This document shows, piece by piece, positions 23,620-35,741 of a stretch of DNA of 64,000 bases. Within the stretch, counting starts at the first letter, position 1, and every line of letters starts with the position of its first letter. The DNA lies in the sequence record PQ227241.1; one strand, written 5' to 3'. The translations under genes and the position numbers were made by a program. The notes below the pieces were generated by a model. That model was not told the DNA's origin, did not search any database, and saw only the letters and a list, made by a program, of their open reading frames with translations.

Positions 23620-23956
23620 GACTATTCTCCAAATTACGTTGACGTTCGTTCCATTCACGCAATTTGTCTACTTGGATATTACATAGTCCAAGTGCATCAG
23701 TTTGTAAAAGCCAATGTTCGGTCATAAGTAAGAAACGTGCTTCATTCTCATCAGTAACCCCAACAGCTTTATATCTATCTAATGCATTGATGATCTCATT
23801 AGCTGTAGGTGGGGCTTCCACATCGCAAGGGAGAAGTAAACTACTTGGGATTGCAACTGGTATTTTCACGGGAGGCGGCACAGTAGTGCTCGTACATCCG
23901 TTTAGCAATAGCATTAATAGACTTATTAATGTTATCTTTTTTTGTGTCAGTTTCAT
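23594..23956 (-). CDS. o-spanin (Rz1-like lipoprotein)
   Basis: From the ATG at 23956: MKLTQKKITLISLLMLLLNG|C lipobox, Pro-rich PPPVKIPVAIP.SLL.PC, C-terminal helix. Overlaps the 3' end of the i-spanin gene. Confidence 0.85.
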   Translation of the reverse strand: MKLTQKKITLISLLMLLLNGCTSTTVPPPVKIPVAIPSSLLLPCDVEAPPTANEIINALDRYKAVGVTDENEARFLLMTEHWLLQTDALGLCNIQVDKLREWNERQRNLENSHDPRGRSD

Positions 23957-24347
23957 GTTTAATCTCAGTAGTGGTGCTTTCCCCATTAGTTGTTTTAGCT
24001 TTAACTTCAGGCCATACAGGTGGAGTATATCCACGACCTGATAAACTAATGTACTCATCAATCACCTCAGTGCGTGATTGCGCCTGCTCTTTTTGTATCT
24101 CTTTCTTTTTAGTAATTAGTTCAGCTTGAATTTTATCGGAGATACGATCTGATTCAATCCTAACCTTTTCTGCCGCTTCATAAGATTTAATTTTTCCAAT
24201 TAAATCTGTAGAGCGAACAAGTTCCGTCTCATAACTATTTTTGTAATATATGATACCAATTAAGGCACCTATCAGAATAACTAATAGTAACCATATATGC
24301 AATGGCACGCTACCAATTATTTTTCGTATACCTGCTAATAGGAACAT
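23841..24347 (-). CDS. i-spanin (Rz-like)
   Basis: Single N-terminal TM helix, long coiled coil and C-terminal cysteines. Overlapped arrangement with a lipoprotein gene. Confidence 0.85.
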   Translation of the reverse strand: MFLLAGIRKIIGSVPLHIWLLLVILIGALIGIIYYKNSYETELVRSTDLIGKIKSYEAAEKVRIESDRISDKIQAELITKKKEIQKEQAQSRTEVIDEYISLSGRGYTPPVWPEVKAKTTNGESTTTEIKHETDTKKDNINKSINAIAKRMYEHYCAASRENTSCNPK

Positions 24348-24362
24348 TGTTACCTCGAATTG

Positions 24363-24926
24363 TTAAACAATCCTAGTAAGGTAGTAGTAAGCTATCGCAC
24401 AAGCATCCATAGAGTGGTCATCTAGACTATCTATATCGATGTTCCATGTGATGTCAGTACGAGAACGCATTGCTTCTTTAACATCATCTTTAGTAGTACC
24501 CTTTACTTTTTTCATACCCGCATTGATTTTAACTGTAGTAGGATCAATCATGTATAAAGGTATAAATCTATCATACTCGTATAATGCTCTATGTACATAG
24601 GTCACACATTCTACAAGTACAGCGAAGCTTTGGGCAAACTTACCAAGATAGTTAGACTCTACAATAACTGCATGTGGTTTTTCAGTATGTAGTATATTTA
24701 GTACCACATCACTCATTTGCTGCATTCTAGTAAATCTACTACCATGAACCTCGGAGATGGCAGCATATGCCGGATTTGTATCTTTAAGGTGGCAGGTAAA
24801 TGCATTACGTACCACCTTATTACTTCCATCCAACTTATCTTCCAGAATAGCTATGCCGAGGTTTTGTGAACCAGGGTCTAATGCTAGTACCCGAAATGGC
24901 TCATCACTCGCTGGAAGCTTAAGCAT
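24363..24926 (-). CDS. ruvC: RuvC-like Holliday junction resolvase
   Basis: VLALDPGS..LG, VIVES, K.....K.DV, DDHSMDACAIA catalytic acidic motifs. Confidence 0.88.
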   Translation of the reverse strand: MLKLPASDEPFRVLALDPGSQNLGIAILEDKLDGSNKVVRNAFTCHLKDTNPAYAAISEVHGSRFTRMQQMSDVVLNILHTEKPHAVIVESNYLGKFAQSFAVLVECVTYVHRALYEYDRFIPLYMIDPTTVKINAGMKKVKGTTKDDVKEAMRSRTDITWNIDIDSLDDHSMDACAIAYYYLTRIV

Positions 24927-24928
24927 AT

Positions 24929-25855
<927 letters not shown>

Positions 25856-25891
25856 TTAGTACACTGTACTATTGAGTAAATTTGTAAGAGT

Positions 25892-25911
25892 TCCCCTCCA
25901 CATGGAGGGGA
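25892..25911 (-). terminator. Intrinsic terminator
   Basis: TCCCCTCCA/TGGAGGGGA stem at the end of the fibre operon, with a TTTATGCTGTT flank on the plus strand. Confidence 0.75.
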
Positions 25912-25920
25912 TTTATGCTG

Positions 25921-26409
25921 TTAAGCAAATTTTTCAGGAGCACCACGTACCATTACACAGATCCATGATTGTCCATTATGGGAGCGTTTTACTTCATGTA
26001 ATTGGGATAGATGGAATACTAATCCTTCACCTTTTCCAATTAATAGTTCCTCACCATCTAAAATGAACTTAGCATCAGGTCCAATATTCCAAGCAAGAAT
26101 AGTACCGGACTCGGGTTTATCTACCCAATAATTCATCTCATCTAGAAATCCATCTATTTTGGGGAAATCTAAAAACCATACTTGCAGTGCTTTGTTAAAT
26201 AGCTCTTCGCCTAAAATTGGTTTAATTTCTTTACGCTGTTTAGCAGTCCAATTAAACCATTTTGAAGTATTATAAACACTACATGCTTTAAGGCCATTAG
26301 TGCCAACTCGCATACGGTGGCCATATGAGTCTCTAAATGAAACTTCGCCTTTAAGCTTTGTTAATGTTTTTAGTTCTGTCTTAGATAGAGTCTTAAGTTT
26401 AATTGCCAT
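25921..26409 (-). CDS. Degenerate 2OG-Fe(II) oxygenase / cupin (DSBH) fold protein
   Basis: G..L.F....LHEV pattern like its neighbour, but no clear HxD motif. Confidence 0.5.
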   Translation of the reverse strand: MAIKLKTLSKTELKTLTKLKGEVSFRDSYGHRMRVGTNGLKACSVYNTSKWFNWTAKQRKEIKPILGEELFNKALQVWFLDFPKIDGFLDEMNYWVDKPESGTILAWNIGPDAKFILDGEELLIGKGEGLVFHLSQLHEVKRSHNGQSWICVMVRGAPEKFA

Positions 26410-26417
26410 GTTGTACC

Positions 26418-26978
26418 CTACTCGTAGAGATATATAAGAACGTATCTTTTATTTTTAACTGGAGGGACTTCATGTGGCTCTGAACGGATTGGAAAAATAG
26501 TAGCCCTACCTGGTACATCCTGATAAAACTTACCATTGATCGTTATACCATCGCCATTGTCATTTAATGCAATAACCATGTTGTAACGATAAACAGCTTG
26601 GTCGATGTGTTCAGGCATACCTGTACCAATTTCATATCGGTTGATTAGAACTTCGCCTAACCAAGCACCTTCTACCTTAGGTGCAATATGAAATAGTAAT
26701 TCCCGTAATTCCATTGGCATTTGGTTATGCCCTAAAAACCAATAATCACACTCAGTGATACCTTTGGTTGGGATACTATTAATTTTTTTCCGATTAAACC
26801 ACCAGGAATCTCCTAGTGTATCCAGATAAGATACAAGGTCAGCTGCAAATTCAGCTGAAAACACGTCCTTGGTCGATCTTTCGTGGGCCGATAAGCTCAT
26901 GCAGGCCACCTGCATATCGATGTGCTTTCTCAGCGTCGAGATCTTCCCTGGATTTATAGATAACGTCTGGGCTCTCAA
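26418..26978 (-). CDS. 2OG-Fe(II) dioxygenase (true start probably near 26900-26915)
   Basis: LINRY..G.GMPEHID, PHEV and KRYVL give the HxD...H...R signature. Confidence 0.8.
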   Translation of the reverse strand: MRAQTLSINPGKISTLRKHIDMQVACMSLSAHERSTKDVFSAEFAADLVSYLDTLGDSWWFNRKKINSIPTKGITECDYWFLGHNQMPMELRELLFHIAPKVEGAWLGEVLINRYEIGTGMPEHIDQAVYRYNMVIALNDNGDGITINGKFYQDVPGRATIFPIRSEPHEVPPVKNKRYVLIYLYE

Positions 26979-27453
26979 TTAGGGCCTCCTTATGCGCGCG
27001 ATTAGTTCGTTTAACAAGATCAATATAATCAAGCATTTCTTCTAGTTCATCTAACTCTTGACCATATTTTTCAGCTAGCTGTTTAATTGCACGTGCAAGG
27101 ATATTAATTTGCTCAGTCACTGGATAGCGTTCAGTAATTTTGTAGGCCACTTTACTATTTAAGTGATCTTCAGTAATTACTTGTGGCGCTTCTTCTTTAG
27201 GAACAATCTTCCAATCGGAAAGTGTAGGTTGTTTACCAGGTGTATTACTTACGACTACATCATAAGTACCCATTTCGGCTTCAACAAAAATGGTGTGCTC
27301 ACGTGACTTAGCATCGAATGCATCTAAAGGTAGATAGCCTACGCTTTGTAGGAATACCTCAGAAGTACGGTTAAACATTAATAGTACTTTTACTTTATCT
27401 TCAGTAGGCGCAGTAGCTAAAGATAGTTCTTGGAGTGATAACGGATTATTCAT
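26851..27453 (-). CDS. Tail fibre assembly/chaperone-like protein
   Basis: Starts by TAATG coupling to gp135. Helical C-terminal domain (..KITERYP..EQ.NIL) resembles fibre chaperones. Confidence 0.55.
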   Translation of the reverse strand: MNNPLSLQELSLATAPTEDKVKVLLMFNRTSEVFLQSVGYLPLDAFDAKSREHTIFVEAEMGTYDVVVSNTPGKQPTLSDWKIVPKEEAPQVITEDHLNSKVAYKITERYPVTEQINILARAIKQLAEKYGQELDELEEMLDYIDLVKRTNRAHKEALIESPDVIYKSREDLDAEKAHRYAGGLHELIGPRKIDQGRVFS

Positions 27454-28844
27454 TATACAAGTGCTCCAGCTCGAATCATCCAACGCCATGTACCATTATT
27501 TCTAACTGCTACATATTGCTGGTAATAATAGGCTTCAAAGGGGGTATTAGTTCTAACACCTACAACAGCGTAAGTGCCTTCAGGATATTTGGTATTATCT
27601 GTAAACATCGTATTTAACGTGTTTAATGCTTCTGCTTCACTATTTACCTGACCTAAGGTAATGGCTTTAATCTTATCTTTGTTCCACTCTTTAAAAGCTT
27701 CAACCCAGTCTTGCCAAGTACCATCGCTCGCTAGATAATATCTCTCAGGGTCATTTAATATTGATGCATTACCTTTACCTAATGCATTCCATTTAAATAC
27801 GCCACTAGTTACTTCTTCAGCTGGAATATCTTTTCGAACATCATTCCAGAAATTCTGATATACCTTACCTGTTCCAGTAACTGGATAACCCTGACTATTA
27901 GTAGTAGCACCAATAGTGGTCGCATTAGCAGCTTGTTCATTAATACCTAATAATGGAGTTATTTTAGAATCCATCACTGGTTTGGTATATGATCCAACTT
28001 GGTCAGCTGTGATAGCATGTGGGTTATTAAAGTTTTTAATATGTGCTGCAAGTTTAGCCAACGTATCAATATTAAGAATACGATAAATACCACCAATTGG
28101 CATGTATTTATTATTTACGTTTCTATTAACTGACTCAGCTTCAGTAGCAAAACCCCAGTTGGATATCTTATCAAGCGGTGGAATTAACTTGAATCGATCA
28201 TCAGCATGCGGATTATTATAATCAGTTAAGTGTGCTGTAACTCGATCTCTATAATCGTCCACAGCGGTTTTTGCATCAGTGAGATAAACTTTATAATAAT
28301 CATCGGCAGCATTATCCATGGCACTTCTACCGACCCGATAAGCATGTGCTATTCGGTTTAATTCAGTTACCATTGTATCTGTGCCATAAATCTGCCAATA
28401 TTCATGGCCGTGAGGTGCAGGCGGATATGCATCGGGTTTACCAATAATATCATCCCAAGTGAAACTTAATTCATCTAATTCAAGTTTATCAAAAACAGCT
28501 TTAAGTTCTAATGCTGAAATACTAAAGAAACCACCAACTGCTCTATATGTAACTTGGACATTAGGACTAACATTAGGATCAGTTACTACAACAATACCCA
28601 TTACTTCTAAGCCAGTCATTTCAGATAACTGTGAATAAAGATAGGTTGTTTTATATTGATCTTTGTTTAAAGATAAACCAGTCTTCTTATCACGTAGATT
28701 AAAGTCCTTAGTATAAAAACCACCATGTGTACACATAAGTACGCGATGTGTTTTATTATTGACTTGAATAAGTGTGTGATCCTCATCTACAATGTAATTA
28801 GATGCTAATTTAGCTTTTAGATCTAATGGTAAAAAAGTAATCAT
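27453..28844 (-). CDS. gp135: Tail fibre family protein
   Basis: 463 aa with the shared LP.D N-domain and two H-x5-NPH repeats. Confidence 0.75.
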   Translation of the reverse strand: MITFLPLDLKAKLASNYIVDEDHTLIQVNNKTHRVLMCTHGGFYTKDFNLRDKKTGLSLNKDQYKTTYLYSQLSEMTGLEVMGIVVVTDPNVSPNVQVTYRAVGGFFSISALELKAVFDKLELDELSFTWDDIIGKPDAYPPAPHGHEYWQIYGTDTMVTELNRIAHAYRVGRSAMDNAADDYYKVYLTDAKTAVDDYRDRVTAHLTDYNNPHADDRFKLIPPLDKISNWGFATEAESVNRNVNNKYMPIGGIYRILNIDTLAKLAAHIKNFNNPHAITADQVGSYTKPVMDSKITPLLGINEQAANATTIGATTNSQGYPVTGTGKVYQNFWNDVRKDIPAEEVTSGVFKWNALGKGNASILNDPERYYLASDGTWQDWVEAFKEWNKDKIKAITLGQVNSEAEALNTLNTMFTDNTKYPEGTYAVVGVRTNTPFEAYYYQQYVAVRNNGTWRWMIRAGALV

Positions 28845-30217
28845 TATGCCGGTTCCCCTATATTAGTCCACGTTGATCCAACTTTACGTAGGAATAGAGT
28901 ATTCCTATAGGAAGTAGCTGTTGTACCATTGCCATGTCCAATAACGAATTCTTGATCGTAATGGCAAATAGCTAACGAACCAGGCCACCATTGTTCAGGA
29001 TCTGAGAAGTATGTGTTATGGAAAGCAATTGCTTCTTGAATAGACTTAAAGTTGGTGTTATTCCAGTGGACCATCGTTCCTGTTTTTTGGAAGCGATTAA
29101 ATATAAAACCGAAATGAGTCCATTGACCATTAGGCATCAATGTCCAATCACGGCCTGGCCAGGTAGCTGAATTACCAATCCTACCAGGTGCTAGTCGACC
29201 AGTCGTCAATACACTTAAAGGCATTTTAGCACGTACTGTTTCACCCATGCTATAAACATCTTGACCAAATAAAAGTTTAGACGTATTGGCTGTTTTACCT
29301 TTATCTAATTTTTGATTTAGTAAAATATTAGCTTGAGTAACAGTATACGTATTTAATTGTTCAGCCGTTACCCTGTGTGGGTTAGTGGTGACATCATTAA
29401 CGTGTGCCAGATATTGAACTGTATAATTGGTATCAACTGATAACTTCATTGACCATGGCGTAGCATAGACATTCATGATAGCGCCATTTGGCTGTTTGGC
29501 TTGTGTTTCAGTTGCAATGCCAGCATTATAAACATTACCTAATGCCACTTGCCCTTTACGTGTCTGGTGTGGGTTAGTGGTGGTATCATTGATGTGTGTA
29601 GTAAGTCGTGCTTCAATTGTATTAAGATCAGCTTCTATTAGACTTAACTGATATTTAAACTCATCTAAAATGGAGTCATATGAGTCTGATGAGCTTTTCT
29701 TTAATAAGTCAGTTATTTCTTTTAACTTAACAACTCTAGGCGTAAAACCATAAAGTTCCCAATAGGCATGCATATGTCCATTAGGTTTAAATTGGTCAGG
29801 AATATCTAAAATATTAGACCAATGTGGTTTACGGGTATTATTTAAAAGAGCGTTAGCATGCTCAGATATGGAAGGGGCAAGGTTACAGTATATACCACCG
29901 CACATCTGAGCATCAATGTAAATATCCTCGTGGACATCTTGTTTTGTAATAACAATTACTGAACACGCTTCAAGTCCAGTCTTCTCGATTACTTCTGGAT
30001 TAATACCAGTACACTGATAATCCATTTCTGGATTTAACTCATTCTGCCTACCATCTCTGATAACCATTCCTTTAGTGTAAAAGTAACCCTTATCCATCAC
30101 GATGATGCGATAGGGGAATCCTTTCTGTTTTGCTAGTGAATGGTATTCACCCTTTGTTCGGTTACTATAACTCTCTCCAGTTTCATCAAATGGAAGAGGT
30201 AAAAGTAATGGATTCAT
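28844..30217 (-). CDS. gp134: Tail fibre family protein
   Basis: 457 aa with the shared N-domain and two H..NPH repeats. Confidence 0.75.
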   Translation of the reverse strand: MNPLLLPLPFDETGESYSNRTKGEYHSLAKQKGFPYRIIVMDKGYFYTKGMVIRDGRQNELNPEMDYQCTGINPEVIEKTGLEACSVIVITKQDVHEDIYIDAQMCGGIYCNLAPSISEHANALLNNTRKPHWSNILDIPDQFKPNGHMHAYWELYGFTPRVVKLKEITDLLKKSSSDSYDSILDEFKYQLSLIEADLNTIEARLTTHINDTTTNPHQTRKGQVALGNVYNAGIATETQAKQPNGAIMNVYATPWSMKLSVDTNYTVQYLAHVNDVTTNPHRVTAEQLNTYTVTQANILLNQKLDKGKTANTSKLLFGQDVYSMGETVRAKMPLSVLTTGRLAPGRIGNSATWPGRDWTLMPNGQWTHFGFIFNRFQKTGTMVHWNNTNFKSIQEAIAFHNTYFSDPEQWWPGSLAICHYDQEFVIGHGNGTTATSYRNTLFLRKVGSTWTNIGEPA

Positions 30218-30228
30218 CTAAACTATCC

Positions 30229-31617
30229 TTATGGAATTACCCAGCCACCTTGTGAACGGAAACACACGTAGTTAGGAGTATAATCAACGAAAATCAATCC
30301 GTTACCAGCTGCCTGGATTTTCTGTTCTTTAATAGTGAAGAATACAGTAGATCCAATAGGCCATGCATCTGGATTAGTGAAGTTAGTTCTACAGAAATCT
30401 AATGCTGCTTGCACGGATGGTTGTAATCCTAGTGCATAAAACTTTAACTTAACCGGATATGAATACTCTGTGGCTAATTGATCAAAGTGTGTAAAAATAC
30501 CATTCCCACGGAGTGGTGCTTTCCATTGTCCCATTGCCCCGGAACCAATCCGATTTATATTGATGACATTACTCTGGCCATCGCCAGCTGTAAAGTTCAC
30601 GTCTGTGTCAAAGTTCTTACGCATCCACCAAATAAGATCGCTATAACCCATTAAAGTAGCAGTTGGTTGCCCTTTAGGTTTATAATAAACCATATTAGTA
30701 TTAGCTACTGTATCAGTCTTTAAATATTTACCAGTAATTCGTGAATCAAAATCACTTTTCAAATACGACTGTACATGCGTATTTTTGACTTTATGTGGAT
30801 TATCACGGCGAGCTATGTGGGCATTAAGTGGTTTTATAGCTATTTCATCTAATACGCCATATGCTAACTGCGGTGTTAGATAATGTGCATTAGATTGACC
30901 TAGTTGAGCAATGGCTGGAGTAGCCAATGGAAAGTTATTAACTAAACCTAGTTCAACATTAGTTGGGGTAATCTTGTGTGGATTAGCTTTATCTTGAATA
31001 TGTTTTTCTAGGCGATCATTAAATTTCTTTAAGAACTCATCATAAATCTCTTTAACTTTACTACGGTATTCATCTTCACCGCTTGTATCACCAGCCATGA
31101 GTGCCTGTGTTATCCACTCCATCTCGTTATTATAAGGCTGATACGTATCAAGATGCCATCGTTCGCCAACTAACTCACCGTCTTTCCAATATGGTTCGTT
31201 ACCAGTGTAGTCGAGATCTTTTGGCTTTGGCTTACCATTTGTTTTCCACCAGTTAATATAATCGTCGATAACTGTGAAACTAAACGCTAGATCACCGCCT
31301 ACCATGTGAGCTGAAGTATACACTATTGGTGTACTAGGTGTTTTTAAGAAAACAATTGCTGAACATATTTCTTGACCGACATACGCACTAGCATCTTTGT
31401 GATAATAAGTAACAATATAATCAATATCTTTAACTAAACGATTATATTTACCATCATAAACTTCTAACCCTTTTGTATAGAATCCACCATGATATAACTT
31501 GATGATTCTATAGTCGAATCCCTGATACTGAACTAGAGTATGAGGCTCGCTACCAATGAAACAATCTGGATTTGTACCTAATGAATCAAATGGTAATTGT
31601 AAAATAGGATTATACAT
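30229..31617 (-). CDS. gp133: Tail fibre family protein
   Basis: 462 aa with the shared N-domain and two H-x5-NPH repeats. Confidence 0.75.
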   Translation of the reverse strand: MYNPILQLPFDSLGTNPDCFIGSEPHTLVQYQGFDYRIIKLYHGGFYTKGLEVYDGKYNRLVKDIDYIVTYYHKDASAYVGQEICSAIVFLKTPSTPIVYTSAHMVGGDLAFSFTVIDDYINWWKTNGKPKPKDLDYTGNEPYWKDGELVGERWHLDTYQPYNNEMEWITQALMAGDTSGEDEYRSKVKEIYDEFLKKFNDRLEKHIQDKANPHKITPTNVELGLVNNFPLATPAIAQLGQSNAHYLTPQLAYGVLDEIAIKPLNAHIARRDNPHKVKNTHVQSYLKSDFDSRITGKYLKTDTVANTNMVYYKPKGQPTATLMGYSDLIWWMRKNFDTDVNFTAGDGQSNVININRIGSGAMGQWKAPLRGNGIFTHFDQLATEYSYPVKLKFYALGLQPSVQAALDFCRTNFTNPDAWPIGSTVFFTIKEQKIQAAGNGLIFVDYTPNYVCFRSQGGWVIP

Positions 31618-31646
31618 AAGAAATACCTTTTAACTGAAACAGCAAA

Positions 31647-31675
31647 AAGAGACACAGCTTTTGGCTGTGTCTCTT
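31647..31675 (-). terminator. Intrinsic terminator/attenuator inside the fibre cluster
   Basis: AAGAGACACAGC/GCTGTGTCTCTT 12-bp stem followed by TTT on the minus strand. Confidence 0.75.
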
Positions 31676-31691
31676 ATGCCGGGTCAGATGT

Positions 31692-32024
31692 TTATAGACG
31701 GTCTGCTGCGTCATTAAATAATTTCGCAAGTGGACCGTATATGTGCACTCGATTATAATCATCTGTCCGTTTAGGAGTCATGTACGTAGTGTTATTGAAA
31801 CCTTCTTGTGCACGCTTCTTAGTAGCTGGACGATAGTTAGCCACATTACCAAGACCAATATCCGATGGTTGCAGATTATGTGGGTTACCTCTAGCTGCAA
31901 TATGCCCATTGATCCTATTAATAACGGCTATGAATTTATTAAGGACTGCCTTAGTAAATAAGCCTTGATTACTAATAGAAGCATTTATTTGAGCATCCAT
32001 CTCTTGACGTGTAACTTCTGCCAT
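31692..32024 (-). CDS. gp132: Short tail fibre family protein (single repeat)
   Basis: 110 aa containing one HIAARGNPH...GL.NV.NY..AT repeat. Confidence 0.75.
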   Translation of the reverse strand: MAEVTRQEMDAQINASISNQGLFTKAVLNKFIAVINRINGHIAARGNPHNLQPSDIGLGNVANYRPATKKRAQEGFNNTTYMTPKRTDDYNRVHIYGPLAKLFNDAADRL

Positions 32025-32036
32025 TTTTAAATCCTC

Positions 32037-34352
32037 TTATGGACCAGTGGGTGGAGTTGGTTCAATATGTTTCACACGTGTACCCCTGCCATTCCATAAT
32101 AAGGAGTTATCAGGTGAATCTCCCCAGAACATGACTTGATTCAAAGTATTTACTGTCACAGTGAAATTATGCCCTGCTGCCAATTGAATATATGGTCCAG
32201 CATAGTCATCTACGTCACATTGTCCATTATCGTTATTTCCGAAGAAAGCGATTTGGCCATCACCATACATCACTGTGTAATGTGTGTACAATCCTGATAC
32301 ACCACCAATTGGGTTACTATTTACATTAGCAGTTACATCGTTACCACGTCCATCAAACCATAATGGCGAGATAACCATAAAGGATGTATCATTACCATTG
32401 CGGATGATTTCCATGACATGTACTTTACTAGATTCAGATGTATAATCTTCAGGAGCAACTAATGGATCTATTGAATGCATGATGATGTGGGTGCAACCAA
32501 TTGACATTGAATCAATAACATGATTCAATGGTTTAATTGTGTTGTTAACAAAATCATTAAAAGCACTAATGAAGCTTGGGATACCATAAGCTGTATATAC
32601 ATAGTCAGCACTGCTAGCTGGACCTATGTTTACAACAACTGTCATTTCACCAGGATAGGTGTCTTCAGTATTGGTAAATATAGCCCATGGTTTATTAGCA
32701 GCAGGTACTAATAGTTCAGATGTACCACCTTTAACACAACGATAAAGATCTTGGTGCTCAAAGATTGCTGATTCACCTGTTGAACTAAAGATGAACTTAC
32801 CTGTTAACATATACAGAGATGTTTTATTCGCCCAGATACTTGAAGGAATATTTCCATCTATAGGTGCAGTCCATTCTACTGGAATTGGTATCATCTCATC
32901 GACTTTAGTTTCATCGATACATGCTGACTTGGCTACACCATTCTCTACCCAATACTGACCATATCGGTGAGATACCCAGGATTCCTGAGCATATCCTAAA
33001 CGCTCTGGTATAACAGCATAAGGGTTAGCTGGCGATTTAGGATGAACTACACAGTCATCTCTGACAATTGTACAATCCCACCAACTATTAAATCCAGCAT
33101 AAGCATGGAAACCTGCCGTGACACCTTGAATTAATTCCATTCGGTCATATTCACTAGTATCATCCACAATAACTGGTAATGTATCTATCTTTAATTGTAC
33201 ATCATCCCAGTTAGCGTTATAGCCGGCTGCCATCCTTTCAATATCACCGAATGATGGGAATTCATCTTTCCATTGCTCAGGTGTTAATCCACCAAAGGTA
33301 GAAGCATCACCACCACCTAGTCCTGCCAGTAGTTGATCAACTTGTGTTTTAGTATATGCATTAACCTGGTCGGCAGTTACAACGTGTGGGTTATTTTCAT
33401 TACTAATATGTTGATTAAGTTTCTCTTCTAGTTCATTAATTCTAGAAGCATCACCAATCTGACTATAGAGAATAGATGCAGTATAAGGTGTTAATAATAC
33501 CGAATCATTAGTTACGTCTACCGCAGTAGTTGGTGTTGCAGCTGGGTAGTTAGGAACATTACCTAAATTAATATCAGCTGCTGTTAGACCGTGTACGTTA
33601 CCCCTAGCCGCTATGTGGGCATTAAGCGGATTTACGGCAAACTTATTAACTAATGCTAATGTACCACGTGGGTTCGTAAATAGATCATTACGATTAGCAT
33701 CTAAATGCTGTTGATCACTTGCCATTGCGTAGTTTGGAACTAGTGACAAGCCAACTTGTGCTTTAGTTACCCTGTGTGGGTTATTATAATCACGAATATG
33801 TTGGTCAGTTGTACCGTCCGCCGCAGCACGGATAACTTCTATAATCCCTTCGATACCTTCAAGAATCTCTTTACTACCTACTAATGAATCAATAGGTTGA
33901 TTGTGTTCTAAAGGTGGGAAAGAAGCAGGTAATGGACCAATTGCACCCCATGACCGAATCAAGGGGTTATACTGTTTGCGTGCAAGCTCAGCCAGGATCT
34001 GCTGATTACTAAATCCCCATTGCCCACCTATTGTACGATAATCCATACCAATCATAGCGTTTATCGAACGCTTCATGATACGTATAGATCCAGCGATAGG
34101 TCTACCTATCGATTCCATAGCTTCAATAAACCAATGCCCAATAAGGTAATCAACACCTTCTACATAAGTCTGATTGGTCAGTGGGTTAAATAGTCGTAAT
34201 GAATCTACAAAGAAAGGTGCAGCAAATGGTATAATGAAATAATAATCATCACCATCTGGTACCTGGAGAGTTTGGCGCTCACCTTTAATAAAGTTCTGGG
34301 GATTTGTTCCATTGGGGTCGAATGGATATAACCCAGTTTCACCGTGGGCCAT
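32037..34352 (-). CDS. gp131: Tail fibre / baseplate-periphery protein with C-terminal beta-propeller
   Basis: 771 aa with three H..N(P/V)H repeats and RCC1-like C-terminal GxNxxGQ and LAAG.NFT blades. Size matches phiKZ gp131. Confidence 0.85.
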   Translation of the reverse strand: MAHGETGLYPFDPNGTNPQNFIKGERQTLQVPDGDDYYFIIPFAAPFFVDSLRLFNPLTNQTYVEGVDYLIGHWFIEAMESIGRPIAGSIRIMKRSINAMIGMDYRTIGGQWGFSNQQILAELARKQYNPLIRSWGAIGPLPASFPPLEHNQPIDSLVGSKEILEGIEGIIEVIRAAADGTTDQHIRDYNNPHRVTKAQVGLSLVPNYAMASDQQHLDANRNDLFTNPRGTLALVNKFAVNPLNAHIAARGNVHGLTAADINLGNVPNYPAATPTTAVDVTNDSVLLTPYTASILYSQIGDASRINELEEKLNQHISNENNPHVVTADQVNAYTKTQVDQLLAGLGGGDASTFGGLTPEQWKDEFPSFGDIERMAAGYNANWDDVQLKIDTLPVIVDDTSEYDRMELIQGVTAGFHAYAGFNSWWDCTIVRDDCVVHPKSPANPYAVIPERLGYAQESWVSHRYGQYWVENGVAKSACIDETKVDEMIPIPVEWTAPIDGNIPSSIWANKTSLYMLTGKFIFSSTGESAIFEHQDLYRCVKGGTSELLVPAANKPWAIFTNTEDTYPGEMTVVVNIGPASSADYVYTAYGIPSFISAFNDFVNNTIKPLNHVIDSMSIGCTHIIMHSIDPLVAPEDYTSESSKVHVMEIIRNGNDTSFMVISPLWFDGRGNDVTANVNSNPIGGVSGLYTHYTVMYGDGQIAFFGNNDNGQCDVDDYAGPYIQLAAGHNFTVTVNTLNQVMFWGDSPDNSLLWNGRGTRVKHIEPTPPTGP

Positions 34353-34449
34353 GGTTGCCCTCCTTTAATAAAACGCTATTGCGCAATTTGTTAGCGTAAT
34401 GATGTGAAATTCACATAGGATTGTCCAATCATTCCATGGAGACTAATAG

Positions 34450-35733
<1,284 letters not shown>

Positions 35734-35741
35734 CGTCATAA

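Noticed and set aside
26851-26978. Apparent 128-nt overlap between the chaperone-like gene and the oxygenase
   Set aside because: Mostly an over-extended ORF start. Internal ATGs at about 26900-26915 reduce the overlap and fit the domain boundary better.
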